Assembly (NCBI GenBank): GCA_965215565.1
Contig: CBDCDZ010000004.1
Location: 3,936,001-4,000,000 of the forward strand
Length of the DNA stretch: 64,000 bases
Origin: Trueperaceae bacterium
Lineage (GTDB): Bacteria > Deinococcota > Deinococci > Deinococcales > Trueperaceae
Direction of reading: 5' to 3'
The notes under the pieces are model-generated. The model searched no databases and had not been told where the DNA came from. It saw only the letters and a list, made by a program, of their open reading frames with translations. The position numbers and the translations under genes were made by a program. Position 1 is the stretch's first letter; each line of letters opens with the position of its first letter. This document shows, piece by piece, positions 10,499 through 20,400 of the stretch.

Positions 10499-10794
10499 TG
10501 CCGCGCGTTATTCTCCGCCCAGCGGCAGAGGTTGACCTCTTGCTGATTTGGGACTTCATCGCACAAGACAGTAGCGCTGCCGCTGACAACTACATCAAAT
10601 GGCTCACCGAAAAGCTGGAAGTGCTGGCGACGCAGCCCCACATGGGAAGAGCCCGCAACGAGCTAAAGCCTAACCTGCGCAGCTTTGCAGTCGGTAATCA
10701 CCTTGCGTTTTACTATCCGCTCGAGGACGGCGTAGCGGTTGAGCGCGTTCTGGATGGGCGGCAAGACATTCATGCAGTTTTTAGTGACGAATAG
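10498..10794 (+). CDS. parE: ParE/RelE-family toxin
   Basis: AEVDLLLIWDFIAQDSSAAA...PHMGRARNEL...RSF...YY...VERVLDGRQD. Confidence 0.88.
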   Translation: MPRVILRPAAEVDLLLIWDFIAQDSSAAADNYIKWLTEKLEVLATQPHMGRARNELKPNLRSFAVGNHLAFYYPLEDGVAVERVLDGRQDIHAVFSDE

Positions 10795-10925
10795 CGGTCT
10801 GCTCGAGTCTCATAAACTCATCCAGCTCTGCTCGCTCAACCTCGCTGATGACGTTCTCGCGCTCTTTCTCGAGCAGCAATTCAACGCGCTCCTGCTCGGT
10901 GTCGGAAAGGTGGTAACAACCTCTT
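10781..10925 (-). pseudogene. C-terminal remnant of a small helical hypothetical protein
   Basis: LSDTEQERVELLLEKERENVISEVERAELDEFMRLEQ reads as protein, but the upstream part of the frame does not. Confidence 0.35.
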
Positions 10926-11127
10926 GGGGTGAAGGATTGGTTTTGAAAAAGGTGATGAGGGCGTCGTGTACTAAGACGCTGTTCAGCCGTTGAAGTAGTA
11001 AGGCTCGAGACTAGTATAGACTTAGCTGTCAGTGCGAACGATAGTGCTAATTGATTGTAAGAGAATCTACGCCTTCTACCGCAACTGTGAATAGTTGATA
11101 TAGTTGAATCTCTCACTAGGAGGTTTT

Positions 11128-11760
11128 ATGTTGGAACCAACCTTGCTTTGGTCGTTCATTGCGGTTTGCGCTGTAACGCTTATGGTACCTGGTCCTGATA
11201 TGCTACTCGTGTTGAGTAGCACGTTCGCGAATCAACGGCGTGGGGGTATCATCACTTCCTTTGGCGTTTGTAGCGGGTATCTCGTTCACATCGTTGCAGC
11301 CGTGCTGGGATTTACCGCAATTATTCTGGCTTCTGCCACTTTGTTCTCTCTCGTTAAGTTTATAGGAGCGGGATATCTCATCTATCTGGGGTTTCGTGCT
11401 TGGCATAGTAATAGTGCGCTCTTTCTTGATAGAGGTGAGCAAGATACATCGCTCAACCTATTTACTCAAGGCTTTCTTGGAAACGCGCTCAACCCAAAAG
11501 CTATCTTGTTCTTTATGGCGCTTATACCTCAATTCGTCAGCCCGAGTCTAGGCAATATAGCTCTACAAGTCGTTATCCTTGGGGTTGTTGATATAGGTAT
11601 AAGCCTTATCTGGTATATCAGCCTCGTGTTGTTGGCTAATCGAATCAGGTTGGTCCTTACTAGCCGTCCCAAAGTCGTTGCGTGGATAGATAGGGCGATG
11701 GGTAGCCTACTCGTCATTATTGGTGTGCGTCTTCTATTTACAAAACGTCCTGCCACTTAA
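11128..11760 (+). CDS. LysE/RhtB-family amino acid exporter
   Basis: PGPDMLLV, GAGYLIYLG, QGFLGNALNPKAILFF; AGGAGG RBS; visibly AT-richer than neighbours. Confidence 0.9.
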   Translation: MLEPTLLWSFIAVCAVTLMVPGPDMLLVLSSTFANQRRGGIITSFGVCSGYLVHIVAAVLGFTAIILASATLFSLVKFIGAGYLIYLGFRAWHSNSALFLDRGEQDTSLNLFTQGFLGNALNPKAILFFMALIPQFVSPSLGNIALQVVILGVVDIGISLIWYISLVLLANRIRLVLTSRPKVVAWIDRAMGSLLVIIGVRLLFTKRPAT

Positions 11761-11783
11761 ACCTCACCAGGTACGATACCCTC

Positions 11784-13484
11784 ATGCCCACCCCCCGCTT
11801 CGACACGTACTACCGCTATGACGAGTTCTCGAGCCTCCTCCACGCCTACGCTGACGAATATCCAAACCTCGTCCAAATAGAGAGCATCGGCAAGAGCTAC
11901 GAAGGGCGCGACGTGTGGCTCCTCACCCTCACGAATATAGAAACAGGTGAAGCCCTCGAAAAACCCGCACTATGGATAGACGGCAACATCCACGCAACGG
12001 AAGTATCCCCTTCGATGGCGTGTCTCTACCTCTTGCACACGCTCACGAATGGCTACGGTAATGACGCCGACATCACCCGCTGCTTGGACACCCGCACCCT
12101 CTACCTCTGCCCCCGCGTCAACCCCGACGGCGCAGAGTGGGCGCTCGCCGATAAGCCCAAAATCATCCGCTCCTCTACGCGCCCGTATCCTTACGACGAG
12201 GACGCGCTGAGCGGTTTGGTGCGTGAGGACGTGGACGGCGACGGGCGGATGCTGATGATGCGTTTTCCTGACGAGAACGGACCCTGGAAAGTTTCAGAGC
12301 ACGATTCGCGCCTCTTGGTGCGCCGCGAGCCAGCGGAGACGGGTGGGACGTACTACCGCGTGCTGCCCGAAGGTACGTTGGAGAACTACGACGGCGTTTC
12401 GCTCGAGCTGAAGTCCGTCAAAGAGGGCTTAGACCTCAACCGCAACTTCCCCTCGGAATGGCGGCAGGAGGGCAAGCAAAAGGGCGCGGGGCTCTATCCA
12501 ACCTCGGAGCCGGAGGTGCGCAACGTGGTGGATTTCGTCGCGAAGCACCCCAACATCACGGGCGGCATCAGCTTTCACACGCACGGTGGCGTTTTGCTGC
12601 GCCCCTCGTCGCATCAACCCAACGAGGCGATGCCCGCCGAAGACCTCTGGACCTTCAAAAAGATAGGGCAAAAGGGCACCGAGCTGACGGGCTACCCGAA
12701 CGTTTCGGTCTACCACGACTTTCGCTATCACCCTAAAGAAGTCATGACGGGCGCGTTTGACGACTGGCTGTTCGACCACTTGGGCGTGTTCGGCTGGACG
12801 GTGGAGATATGGAGCCCGCAGGTGGAGGCGGGCATCGAGGGGCGCAAGTTCATCGAGTGGTACCGCGAGCATCCGGTAGAGGATGACCTCAAGCTTTTGA
12901 AGTGGAGTGACGAGGTCTTAGAGGGCAAAGGGTATGTAGAGTGGTACACATATGAGCATCCGCAACTCGGTGAAGTCGAACTCGGTGGGTGGAACATGCT
13001 CTACGCATTCAGAAATCCGCCGCCGCACCTCTTAGAGAAAGAACTCGAGCGCTTTCCCCAATGGGTCGTCTGGCACCTCCTGATTTCACCTAAGTTGGAG
13101 CTTTTAGGTGCAACGAGCGAACCGCTTGGGAATGACCACTACCGCATCAAACTCAACGTTCACAATACGGGTTGGCTACCGACGTACGTCACGAAGAAGG
13201 CGTTGGAAAATAAAGTCGTGCGCGGCGTCGTAGCGGAGATTGAGCTACCCGAGGGCGCAAACCTCATCTTCGGTAAAGCTCGAGAAGAAAGAGGTCAGCT
13301 AGAAGGACGCGCTTACAAACCTTCTGTGCCCCATCCCTTTTTCAGCGCGGACGAGACGAATGAGCGGATGGGGCTCGAGTGGGTCATCTATGCGCCGAAC
13401 GGGGGAGGGGTGAAGTTGACGGCGCGGCATGAAAGAGCGGGGGTGGTGAGGACAAAGGTAAAAGTTGAAAGAGAAAAGGACTGA
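11784..13484 (+). CDS. M14-family zinc carboxypeptidase
   Basis: IDGNIHATE (HxxE), NPDG, DLNRNFP, SEPE, SFHTHGG. Confidence 0.92.
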   Translation: MPTPRFDTYYRYDEFSSLLHAYADEYPNLVQIESIGKSYEGRDVWLLTLTNIETGEALEKPALWIDGNIHATEVSPSMACLYLLHTLTNGYGNDADITRCLDTRTLYLCPRVNPDGAEWALADKPKIIRSSTRPYPYDEDALSGLVREDVDGDGRMLMMRFPDENGPWKVSEHDSRLLVRREPAETGGTYYRVLPEGTLENYDGVSLELKSVKEGLDLNRNFPSEWRQEGKQKGAGLYPTSEPEVRNVVDFVAKHPNITGGISFHTHGGVLLRPSSHQPNEAMPAEDLWTFKKIGQKGTELTGYPNVSVYHDFRYHPKEVMTGAFDDWLFDHLGVFGWTVEIWSPQVEAGIEGRKFIEWYREHPVEDDLKLLKWSDEVLEGKGYVEWYTYEHPQLGEVELGGWNMLYAFRNPPPHLLEKELERFPQWVVWHLLISPKLELLGATSEPLGNDHYRIKLNVHNTGWLPTYVTKKALENKVVRGVVAEIELPEGANLIFGKAREERGQLEGRAYKPSVPHPFFSADETNERMGLEWVIYAPNGGGVKLTARHERAGVVRTKVKVEREKD

Positions 13485-13564
13485 GGTTAAAGACTTTCCT
13501 CTCAGTCCTTTAACCTTTTCTCTCATTACGTCTTTCCGCTCCATCTCTCCGTATGATAACAACC

Positions 13565-13915
13565 ATGAACGTAAACCGCGAAGCTAACATCCGCCTGCGC
13601 GTGCGCCGCGACGACGAAGACAACATCGAAACGATTGACTGGCAAGCTACGGACGCGCCCACGAACGGCAAGCAGAGCGCCAACGCGATGATTTTGGCGC
13701 TCTGGGACCCCGAGGAGCGCAACTCGCTCCGCATCGACCTGTGGACGAAAGCGATGACCGTGGAGGATATGAACGACTTCTTCTTTCAGACCCTTTTGAC
13801 GATGGCGGATACGTACAAAAACGCGACGAACAACTTGGAAATCATGGCGGACATCAAGACGTTCGCGCGCGAGTTTGCGGAGAAAGCGGCGCAGAAAGAG
13901 CAGCGAGGCGTTTGA
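13565..13915 (+). CDS. gldC: GldC-like protein (Bacteroidota gliding-motility-associated family)
   Basis: AMILALWD...SLRIDLWTKAMTVEDMNDFFFQTLLTMADTYKNAT...FAREFAEK matches the GldC pattern as recalled. Confidence 0.75.
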   Translation: MNVNREANIRLRVRRDDEDNIETIDWQATDAPTNGKQSANAMILALWDPEERNSLRIDLWTKAMTVEDMNDFFFQTLLTMADTYKNATNNLEIMADIKTFAREFAEKAAQKEQRGV

Positions 13916-14694
13916 GAGTCTCAATTTTAGGTTGCGGCTGGGTGGGCTTGCCCCTCGGGGCGGCGTTAGCAGTGAAAGGTCATGAGGTGAGAGGGTCTAA
14001 AACCTCCCCGGAGAGGCTAGGCGATTTGAAGGACGCAGGGATTGAGCCTCACCTTGCTAAGCTCGAGCCGGAATTCGTGGGTAATAAGGCGTGGCTCGAG
14101 ACGGACGTGCTCGTCCTCACCTTGCCCCCCGAACGCCGCGACGACATCGAGACGCACTATCCCGCGCAAATTCAGAATGCTTTAGAGGTTGCCAACGCTG
14201 AGCACGTTATCTTTACCAGTTCAACCTCGGTCTATCCGAATTTGAACCGCGTCGTGACCGAAGAGGACGCGAAAGACCCTGATAAGAGGTCCGGGCGCGC
14301 AGTTTTGGCAGCGGAAGAGGTCTTGCAAGGCCATCCCAACGCGACGATTCTTCGTCTTGCCGGGCTCTACGGCTACGGGCGGCAGCCTGGGCGGAGGTTG
14401 GCGGGCGAAGAGGTCACAGGGGGAGATGCGAGTGTCAACCTCGTGCACCGCGATGATGTCGTTTCGGTCTTGGTCAAAGTGATTGAAGAGAATATTCGAG
14501 GGGTTTTCAACGTCTGCGCCGACACGCATCCGTCCCGCAAAGAGGTCTATACCGCGCAAGCTGAGCGGTTGGGCTTCGAACCGCCGCGTTTTGTGGAGCC
14601 GCACAAGGTGGACTACAAAGAGGTCAGCAGTGAGAAGCTGAAGGGTTTAGGGTATGCGTTTCAACATAGAGACCCGCTCGAGCCTGCTCCCTAA
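13912..14694 (+). CDS. NAD-dependent epimerase/dehydratase (atypical SDR)
   Basis: TTG start overlapping the gldC stop; VSILGCGWVGLPLG, FTSSTSVY, LRLAGLYG, VNLVHRDD. Confidence 0.88.
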   Translation: MRVSILGCGWVGLPLGAALAVKGHEVRGSKTSPERLGDLKDAGIEPHLAKLEPEFVGNKAWLETDVLVLTLPPERRDDIETHYPAQIQNALEVANAEHVIFTSSTSVYPNLNRVVTEEDAKDPDKRSGRAVLAAEEVLQGHPNATILRLAGLYGYGRQPGRRLAGEEVTGGDASVNLVHRDDVVSVLVKVIEENIRGVFNVCADTHPSRKEVYTAQAERLGFEPPRFVEPHKVDYKEVSSEKLKGLGYAFQHRDPLEPAP

Positions 14695-14703
14695 ACCGTA
14701 GAC

Positions 14704-15390
14704 ATGACGATTCCCGACTACTGGCTCCCGCGCCCCGAAGCTGAGCTTTCAAAGGAGGTGAGGTCTGAGCTAGAAACCCTCTACACCGAACATGTCGAGA
14801 AGGGACAAGGCGAGTGGCTGAGCGCACCTCTTCCGGTTCCTAAGTGGGTATTTTTAAGTTGGCTCGCTGACGAGAAGGGCTTGCTCATGCACGGCACGGG
14901 AGACTCAACTATCACAATGTTCGAGCCGCGCACGCCCAATGACAACTCGCCCGACGAGTTCAGCAAACAGAAGGCGGTTTTTGCGGCAGGTGACGGCATC
15001 TGGTCTATCTTCTACGCGGTGATTGACCGCGTGAACTTTCGCTTGCGGATGCTCAACGGTGCATTGCAGTTCGAAGTGGCTGAGAGTTGGACGCGGATGC
15101 ACTATTTCTTCTCAGTCACAGAAGAGGTCTTGAAGCGCTACCCCTGGTGTGAAGGGACGGTGTATGTACTTCCCTCAGAAGGATTCGTGCGGCAGCTACC
15201 GTATGTGCTCGGGAAGCACGGGAGGATATATGAGCCTCATTACGCGAATCCGAACTCCGTCCGACCTCTTGTAAAACTCCGCGTCATACCCGAAGACTTC
15301 CCCCTCTTAGCGCAGGTGAGAGGTCACGACAACGACGAGGTGATGGCGAACGCGGCGCGGGAGCCCTACGGGTTTCCTTGGCTCGAGTAG
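14704..15390 (+). CDS. Hypothetical protein (possible ADP-ribosyltransferase-like fold)
   Basis: Long ORF in operon; LMHGT...FEPR...AVFAA...GTVYVLP. Confidence 0.65.
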   Translation: MTIPDYWLPRPEAELSKEVRSELETLYTEHVEKGQGEWLSAPLPVPKWVFLSWLADEKGLLMHGTGDSTITMFEPRTPNDNSPDEFSKQKAVFAAGDGIWSIFYAVIDRVNFRLRMLNGALQFEVAESWTRMHYFFSVTEEVLKRYPWCEGTVYVLPSEGFVRQLPYVLGKHGRIYEPHYANPNSVRPLVKLRVIPEDFPLLAQVRGHDNDEVMANAAREPYGFPWLE

Positions 15391-15472
15391 CTCACAATCT
15401 TTTCTAAACTCGTCAAGATGAACGGGAAGCCAACTCATGGTGACGCTTAGCGCCTCTTTGCTAGACTACCCT

Positions 15473-16753
15473 ATGAAAACCACAGCGTATCTTACCGTGT
15501 GCCTGCGCAGCCTTTGGCTCATCCTCTTTCTATGTTTGGGCGCAGCGACGGCGCAGCGTATCGCCTACGTCACGCCGGCGGGCGAGCTTGCAACCGTAGA
15601 ACCGGATGGTTCGCAGATGCGCGTCCTCGCAGACGCGGGGCGCTACCAGTTCCCGGCGTGGTCGCCTGATGGGGAGCGCGTCGCGGTCATCGGGGCAGAT
15701 GCGGAAGGCGCGGCGATTTTTAGCGTGGTGGACAGAGCGCTGAGCGAAAGCGTGCGTCACTACAGCAGCCAGCGCGAAGCGCCCATTTACCTCTATTGGT
15801 CGCCCGACTCCGAGACAATAAGCTTTCTCGCCAACCGTCCCGAGGTCGGGCTGGCGCTGCACCTCGCGCCCGTGAGCGGTGAGGATAACCCCGAAGAGAG
15901 CCGACTCCTCTCGGTGGGGAGCCCTTTTTATTGGCAGTGGAGCGCGGACGCGCGGCGGCTGCTCGTGCATACAGGGCTAACGGGCGAAGATGCGCGGCTC
16001 GGCTTTATGGCGGCGGCGGAGGACAACTTGACTGAGAACCTCTCGAGTCCTGGGCTCTTTCAAGCGCCAGGGATTTCGGCGAGCGGCGACTACATCGCTT
16101 ACGCGGAGATAGACGCTTCGGAAAGGGGGCGCGTCGTCCTGACGGATACGCCCGGCGACGAGCGCGACGCCGACACGGTGCGCGAAGTGCCGCACCAGGG
16201 GCTTGTGGCGCTCTCGTGGAGCCCGGCTGAGGACACGCTCGCGCTGATGAGCCCGCAAGTGGCCGCGCCGCACACGTATGGTCCTATTCGCCTCCTGGAC
16301 GCTCAGACGGGTGATTTGACGACGCTCATCGAAGAGACCGCCATCGCTTTTTTCTGGTCGCCGGACGGCAGTAAGATCGCCTACCTCTCGCCGCTCGCTG
16401 GTGATGATGGCGGCGGGCGCGTGACGGAACTGGGCACAGAGGTGGCCGGGATGAAAGTAAGCGCCGCCGCTCAGCCTAGAGCGCCGCTGCTGCTCAACCT
16501 TTCGGTGGTCGACGTGGCGAGCGGCGTCTCTGAGCGCCTCACTACGTTCGCGCCGAGCCCACTGTTCGTCGGTCAGTACTTGCCCTTTTTCGATCAGTAC
16601 GCGCTCAGCCACCGCGTGTGGTCGCCGGCGAGTGACGCGCTCGCCCTGCCGATGTTGGTTGGTGACGGTGTGACGCCGCAAATCGTCGTCGTGCCGCTCC
16701 GAGGGGAGCCGCAACCCGTCGCGCCGGGCGACATGCCGTCTTGGAGTCCTTGA
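15473..16753 (+). CDS. Secreted TolB-like/PD40 beta-propeller protein
   Basis: Signal peptide; repeated (P/L/F)xWSPD motifs; TAGACT-N5-ATG. Confidence 0.85.
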   Translation: MKTTAYLTVCLRSLWLILFLCLGAATAQRIAYVTPAGELATVEPDGSQMRVLADAGRYQFPAWSPDGERVAVIGADAEGAAIFSVVDRALSESVRHYSSQREAPIYLYWSPDSETISFLANRPEVGLALHLAPVSGEDNPEESRLLSVGSPFYWQWSADARRLLVHTGLTGEDARLGFMAAAEDNLTENLSSPGLFQAPGISASGDYIAYAEIDASERGRVVLTDTPGDERDADTVREVPHQGLVALSWSPAEDTLALMSPQVAAPHTYGPIRLLDAQTGDLTTLIEETAIAFFWSPDGSKIAYLSPLAGDDGGGRVTELGTEVAGMKVSAAAQPRAPLLLNLSVVDVASGVSERLTTFAPSPLFVGQYLPFFDQYALSHRVWSPASDALALPMLVGDGVTPQIVVVPLRGEPQPVAPGDMPSWSP

Positions 16754-17022
16754 CGTTAATAGCTCGAGTCCTTCCGTTCATCAACGCCGAGATAACCAGG
16801 TGGTGAGCTTCGGAGGAACGCCGCGATTTTGTTCAGCCGCACGGTTATACGAGGTTGCACGGCTTAGTTTGCAAAACTAAGCCGTGTATGTCACGGATGG
16901 GACGTAAACTCGGCGCGACCCGCTAGCTAAAGCTGAGCCGCTGAAAAGCTCTATGCACGAAGTAAAGTCGCAAGCTCCCGCTGGGCGAAGCAACGCCCTC
17001 AGTTGGGGTAAGTAAACTGTGC

Positions 17023-17133
17023 TAGCAGTTCCAAAACATACTGAGACGGATAAGCGCAGATATCATTTCGGGATGTGCGTGCTAAACGATGTTCTCCGTA
17101 GTGGGAGTGTTTCAGACCAGATGATACCTGCTA
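17023..17133 (+). mobile_element. 111-bp MITE-like element, copy 1
   Basis: TAGCAGTTCCAAAACATACTGAGACGGA...ACCAGATGATACCTGCTA; TAGCAG/CTGCTA inverted ends. Confidence 0.85.
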
Positions 17134-17232
17134 TGCAATTCCGTATTACGGCAACAAGAGGTCGAGCGACGTGAGCTTGCTACTCGAGCCTCTGTGTCTA
17201 GCAGGCGTTACTCAGCCTCGAGTCATGAGATA

Positions 17233-17267
17233 AAAGAGCGCACCGCGGGTCTCGCGGTGCGCTCTTT
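17233..17267. terminator. Strong hairpin terminator between convergent genes
   Basis: AAAGAGCGCACCGCG-ggtct-CGCGGTGCGCTCTTT. Confidence 0.8.
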
Positions 17268-17320
17268 CATCTTGGTGTGCTTTCGTCTCAGTTTACTCTG
17301 AGGCGGCTATTTCAACTCTT

Positions 17321-17431
17321 TAGCAGTTCCAAAACATACTGAGACGGATAAGCGCAGATATCATCTCAGAATGTACGTGCTGCACGATGTTCTCAAAAGT
17401 GAGCGTGTTTCAGACCAGATGATACCTGCTA
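17321..17431 (+). mobile_element. 111-bp MITE-like element, copy 2
   Basis: Same ends and length as 17023-17133. Confidence 0.85.
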
Positions 17432-17450
17432 TCTTGTTCTACAGAGTGTT

Positions 17451-20400
17451 TTACCGAGAGAGAAATTCGGGCGCGAGCGCGACGGATTCGGCGTTGTCGA
17501 CTTCAGCCGAGGCGGAAGGTCGGATGTTCCAGTCGCCCTCGCCGTAGTCCAACAGACCTGCAAACGCCAACACGCGGTCCTTCGTCTTCTCTGCGACGAA
17601 GAGGGTGTCGCCGTCAAAGGTGATATCAACTGGGTTACCCAGAGTCGTGTTAGAGCCGCGCACCCGCGCTACTGGCTCGGCGTTGCCGTCTGCGCTGCTC
17701 GCATCGGTCAGCACGTAGAGTTCGCCGTCCGCGTCGAAGTCGGGCTGGTCCGGGGTCGTCGCCGCGCCCACGTCGGCGAGGATGAGGAGGTCTTTGTCCG
17801 CTACGTGGACGACGCCGTGCAGGTTCGCCGAAACTTTGTTACCCGCTCTCGTCGGGGTGATTTCTCGGTCAGGACCGCCCGCGCCGTAGTCCGCCGTGTA
17901 ATCTTCATAGACGAGCGCGGTGCCGTCGGTGCCCGCCACGAAGAGCGTGTCGCTGGTAGGGTCATAGTCCACGTCCCAGACGCTGCGCGTGTCGCTGCCG
18001 AGGTTTGTAGTGGTGAAGCGCGGGGAAGCGTTGCCGCCCACTTGGGTACTGAACACCTTGATGTCCTTCGCGCCGAAGTCCGCAACGATAACGACGCCCA
18101 GCGAATCCACCACCTCTAGACCCTTCGGCGCAACTAGACCCGTGTTGTCGCCCGTGATGGTGCGGTCTCTCGAGGCGTCGAAGGTCCCGCCGTCCCGCTG
18201 CGTCGCCAAGCGGTTGACGACAGCGATACCTCCCATGCTCGGCGTCGCGCCGTCGTCGAAGGTAAGGTAGGCGTCGCCGTTGCCACTGAAGGTGATGTTT
18301 TCGGGGTTGACGGTTGCGCCCGCTGTGTCAAAGGTACTTTCCATGGTGGAGAGGTCGGGCTCCACGCTGACCACGAAATCGTCCCCCGACTCGGGCGTAT
18401 TGCTGACGGCGAAAAGGGCGTCTATGACGGTCGCCGTGTCGTCGATATCCGTCACGTCGGGGTTGCCTAGTGCGAAGTCAGCAGCCTCGGCGACGAGCGA
18501 TTCAGGCTTGGACTCGTCCACGGCTAAGTCAGGGGCAACGTCGCCGCTCGCGCCGTCAAAGACGTTGTCGAACACGAGGAATTTGTCGCCCGCTTTCTCC
18601 GCGATGCGTGCCTCGTCGCCATTCAAGATGAGGTCGACGGGATTGCCGAGCAGCGTGCTGGGACCGCGAAGGATGCGGACGGGCTGCGTCTCGCCGCGCG
18701 CTTCGCTGGCGTTTTCAAACACGTAGAGGCTGCCGTCCGAATCAAAGCCGTCTTGGTCCGAAGTGGTCGCCGCGCCGACGTCCGTCACGACGAGGGCGTC
18801 TCTTTCGGCGTCGTAGGCGACGCCGTGAAGGTTGTCCGAGAGCTTGTCGCCGTTTTCGTCCACCGGGGTGAGGACCGTGACCGGCCCGTCGGGACCGTAA
18901 CCGCTCGCCACGTAGTCCTCGAAAACGCAGACCGTGCCGTTAACGCGGGCGACGAACAGGCGGTCATTCGCCTCGTCGTAAGCGAGGTCCCAGGGTGCGA
19001 CGGTAAAACCCGTGACGGCGAGCGGCGCGACGTTGCCGCCCGCCGCGGTGCCGAAGACCTTGACGTTGCTGTCGCCGAAGTCCGCCACGATGAGGAGACC
19101 CGCTTTCTGCGCGATATCGAAGCCTTTAGGCGCGACGAGTCCCGTGCTGTCCCCTTTGATCTCGCGGTCGAGTGTGGCGTCGTATGCGCCGCCGTCAGGA
19201 CGGTTGCGAATCTGCGAGAGCACGCGGAGGCTGCTGCCGCTCTCCCTGTCGCCTGCGTGATAGAGGTTGCCTAGCGCGTCTAAGTCGACGCCTTCGTTGT
19301 TGCCAGATTGAAAGGTTTTGAGCCTCTGGAAAAGTGCGTTGAACGTATCCAGCTCGCCGACGTTGTCAGGACCGTTGTTCGAGCCGTAGATGTTGAGGTC
19401 GAAGTCGGAGTTAAAGCCGCCCCCGGGCTCGGGGCTCGGATTGGGGTTTTGGTCCGGGACGAAGTCTTCGGGCGCTGCCACGAGTGACTCGGGCTTCGAC
19501 TCGGGCTTGACCAGGTCCGGCATGACCTCGCCGTCCGGCGCGTCAGGCGCGAAGAAGTCGTCGAATACGAGCAAGACGTCGTTCGCCTTTTCGGTGATGC
19601 GCACTTCGTCGTAGCCGTTAAAGATGACGTCCACCGGGTTGCCCAGGAGCGTCCAGCGCCCTCTCACGACGCGCTCCGGGTCAGCGTTGCCGTCCAAGGT
19701 GCTCGCGCCTAAAAAGGCGTAGATGCTGCCGTCGGTCTTGAAGCCGGGTTGCTCCGGGGTGGTGGCTGCGCCCACGTCGGTCACGACGAGCGTGTCCGAG
19801 CCTGAGTCGTACGCAATACCGTGCAGGTTGTCGGAGATTTTTTCACCGTCCCGGTAGGGGGTGATGGTGCGTGCGGGACCGTCCGCGCCGTAGTCCTCCA
19901 AGTAGCTGTCGAACACAGCAACCGTGCCGTCGGTGATCGCCGCGAAAAGGCGGTCCGTGTTCGGGTCATACGCGACGTCCCAGGCGGGCGTATCTAAAGT
20001 GGTGGTGGCGACGGGGGCGACGTTGCCATCTACCGAAGCGCCGAAAACCTTGAGAGAGCCGTCGCCGAAGTCAGCGACGATGAGGAGCCCGGCGTCCTCG
20101 GCTAGCTCGATCCCTTTGGGCGCGGCGAGCCCGGTGGCGTCGCCGCTGATTTCGCGGTCTATGTCGGGGTCAAAGGTGCTGGCGTTTTCGGGGCGGTCAT
20201 AGAGCTGCGAAACGACGCGGATACTAGGACCGTTCTCCCCGTCGCCTGCTTGGTAGACGTTGCCGGAGCTGTCCACCTCGACGCCTTCGTTGTTACCCGC
20301 GTTAAACGTGCTCTGAAGCGTAAAGGTTTCGTCGAAGGTGTCGATGAGCCCGGCGTTGCCCGGTCCATTGTTCGAAACGTAAACGGTTCTTTCATCAGGC

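Noticed and set aside
16858..16886. Hairpin CACGGCTTAGTTT-gca-AAACTAAGCCGTG with adjacent GAGGTTGCAC as a fifth sRNA cassette
   Set aside because: Only a 10-bp match to the cassette motif, with no TTGACG or -10 box; more likely a terminator for the TolB-like gene.
17023..17431. Two nearby repeats read as a CRISPR array
   Set aside because: Units are 111 bp with inverted ends, dispersed in both orientations, with no regular repeat-spacer period and no cas genes.
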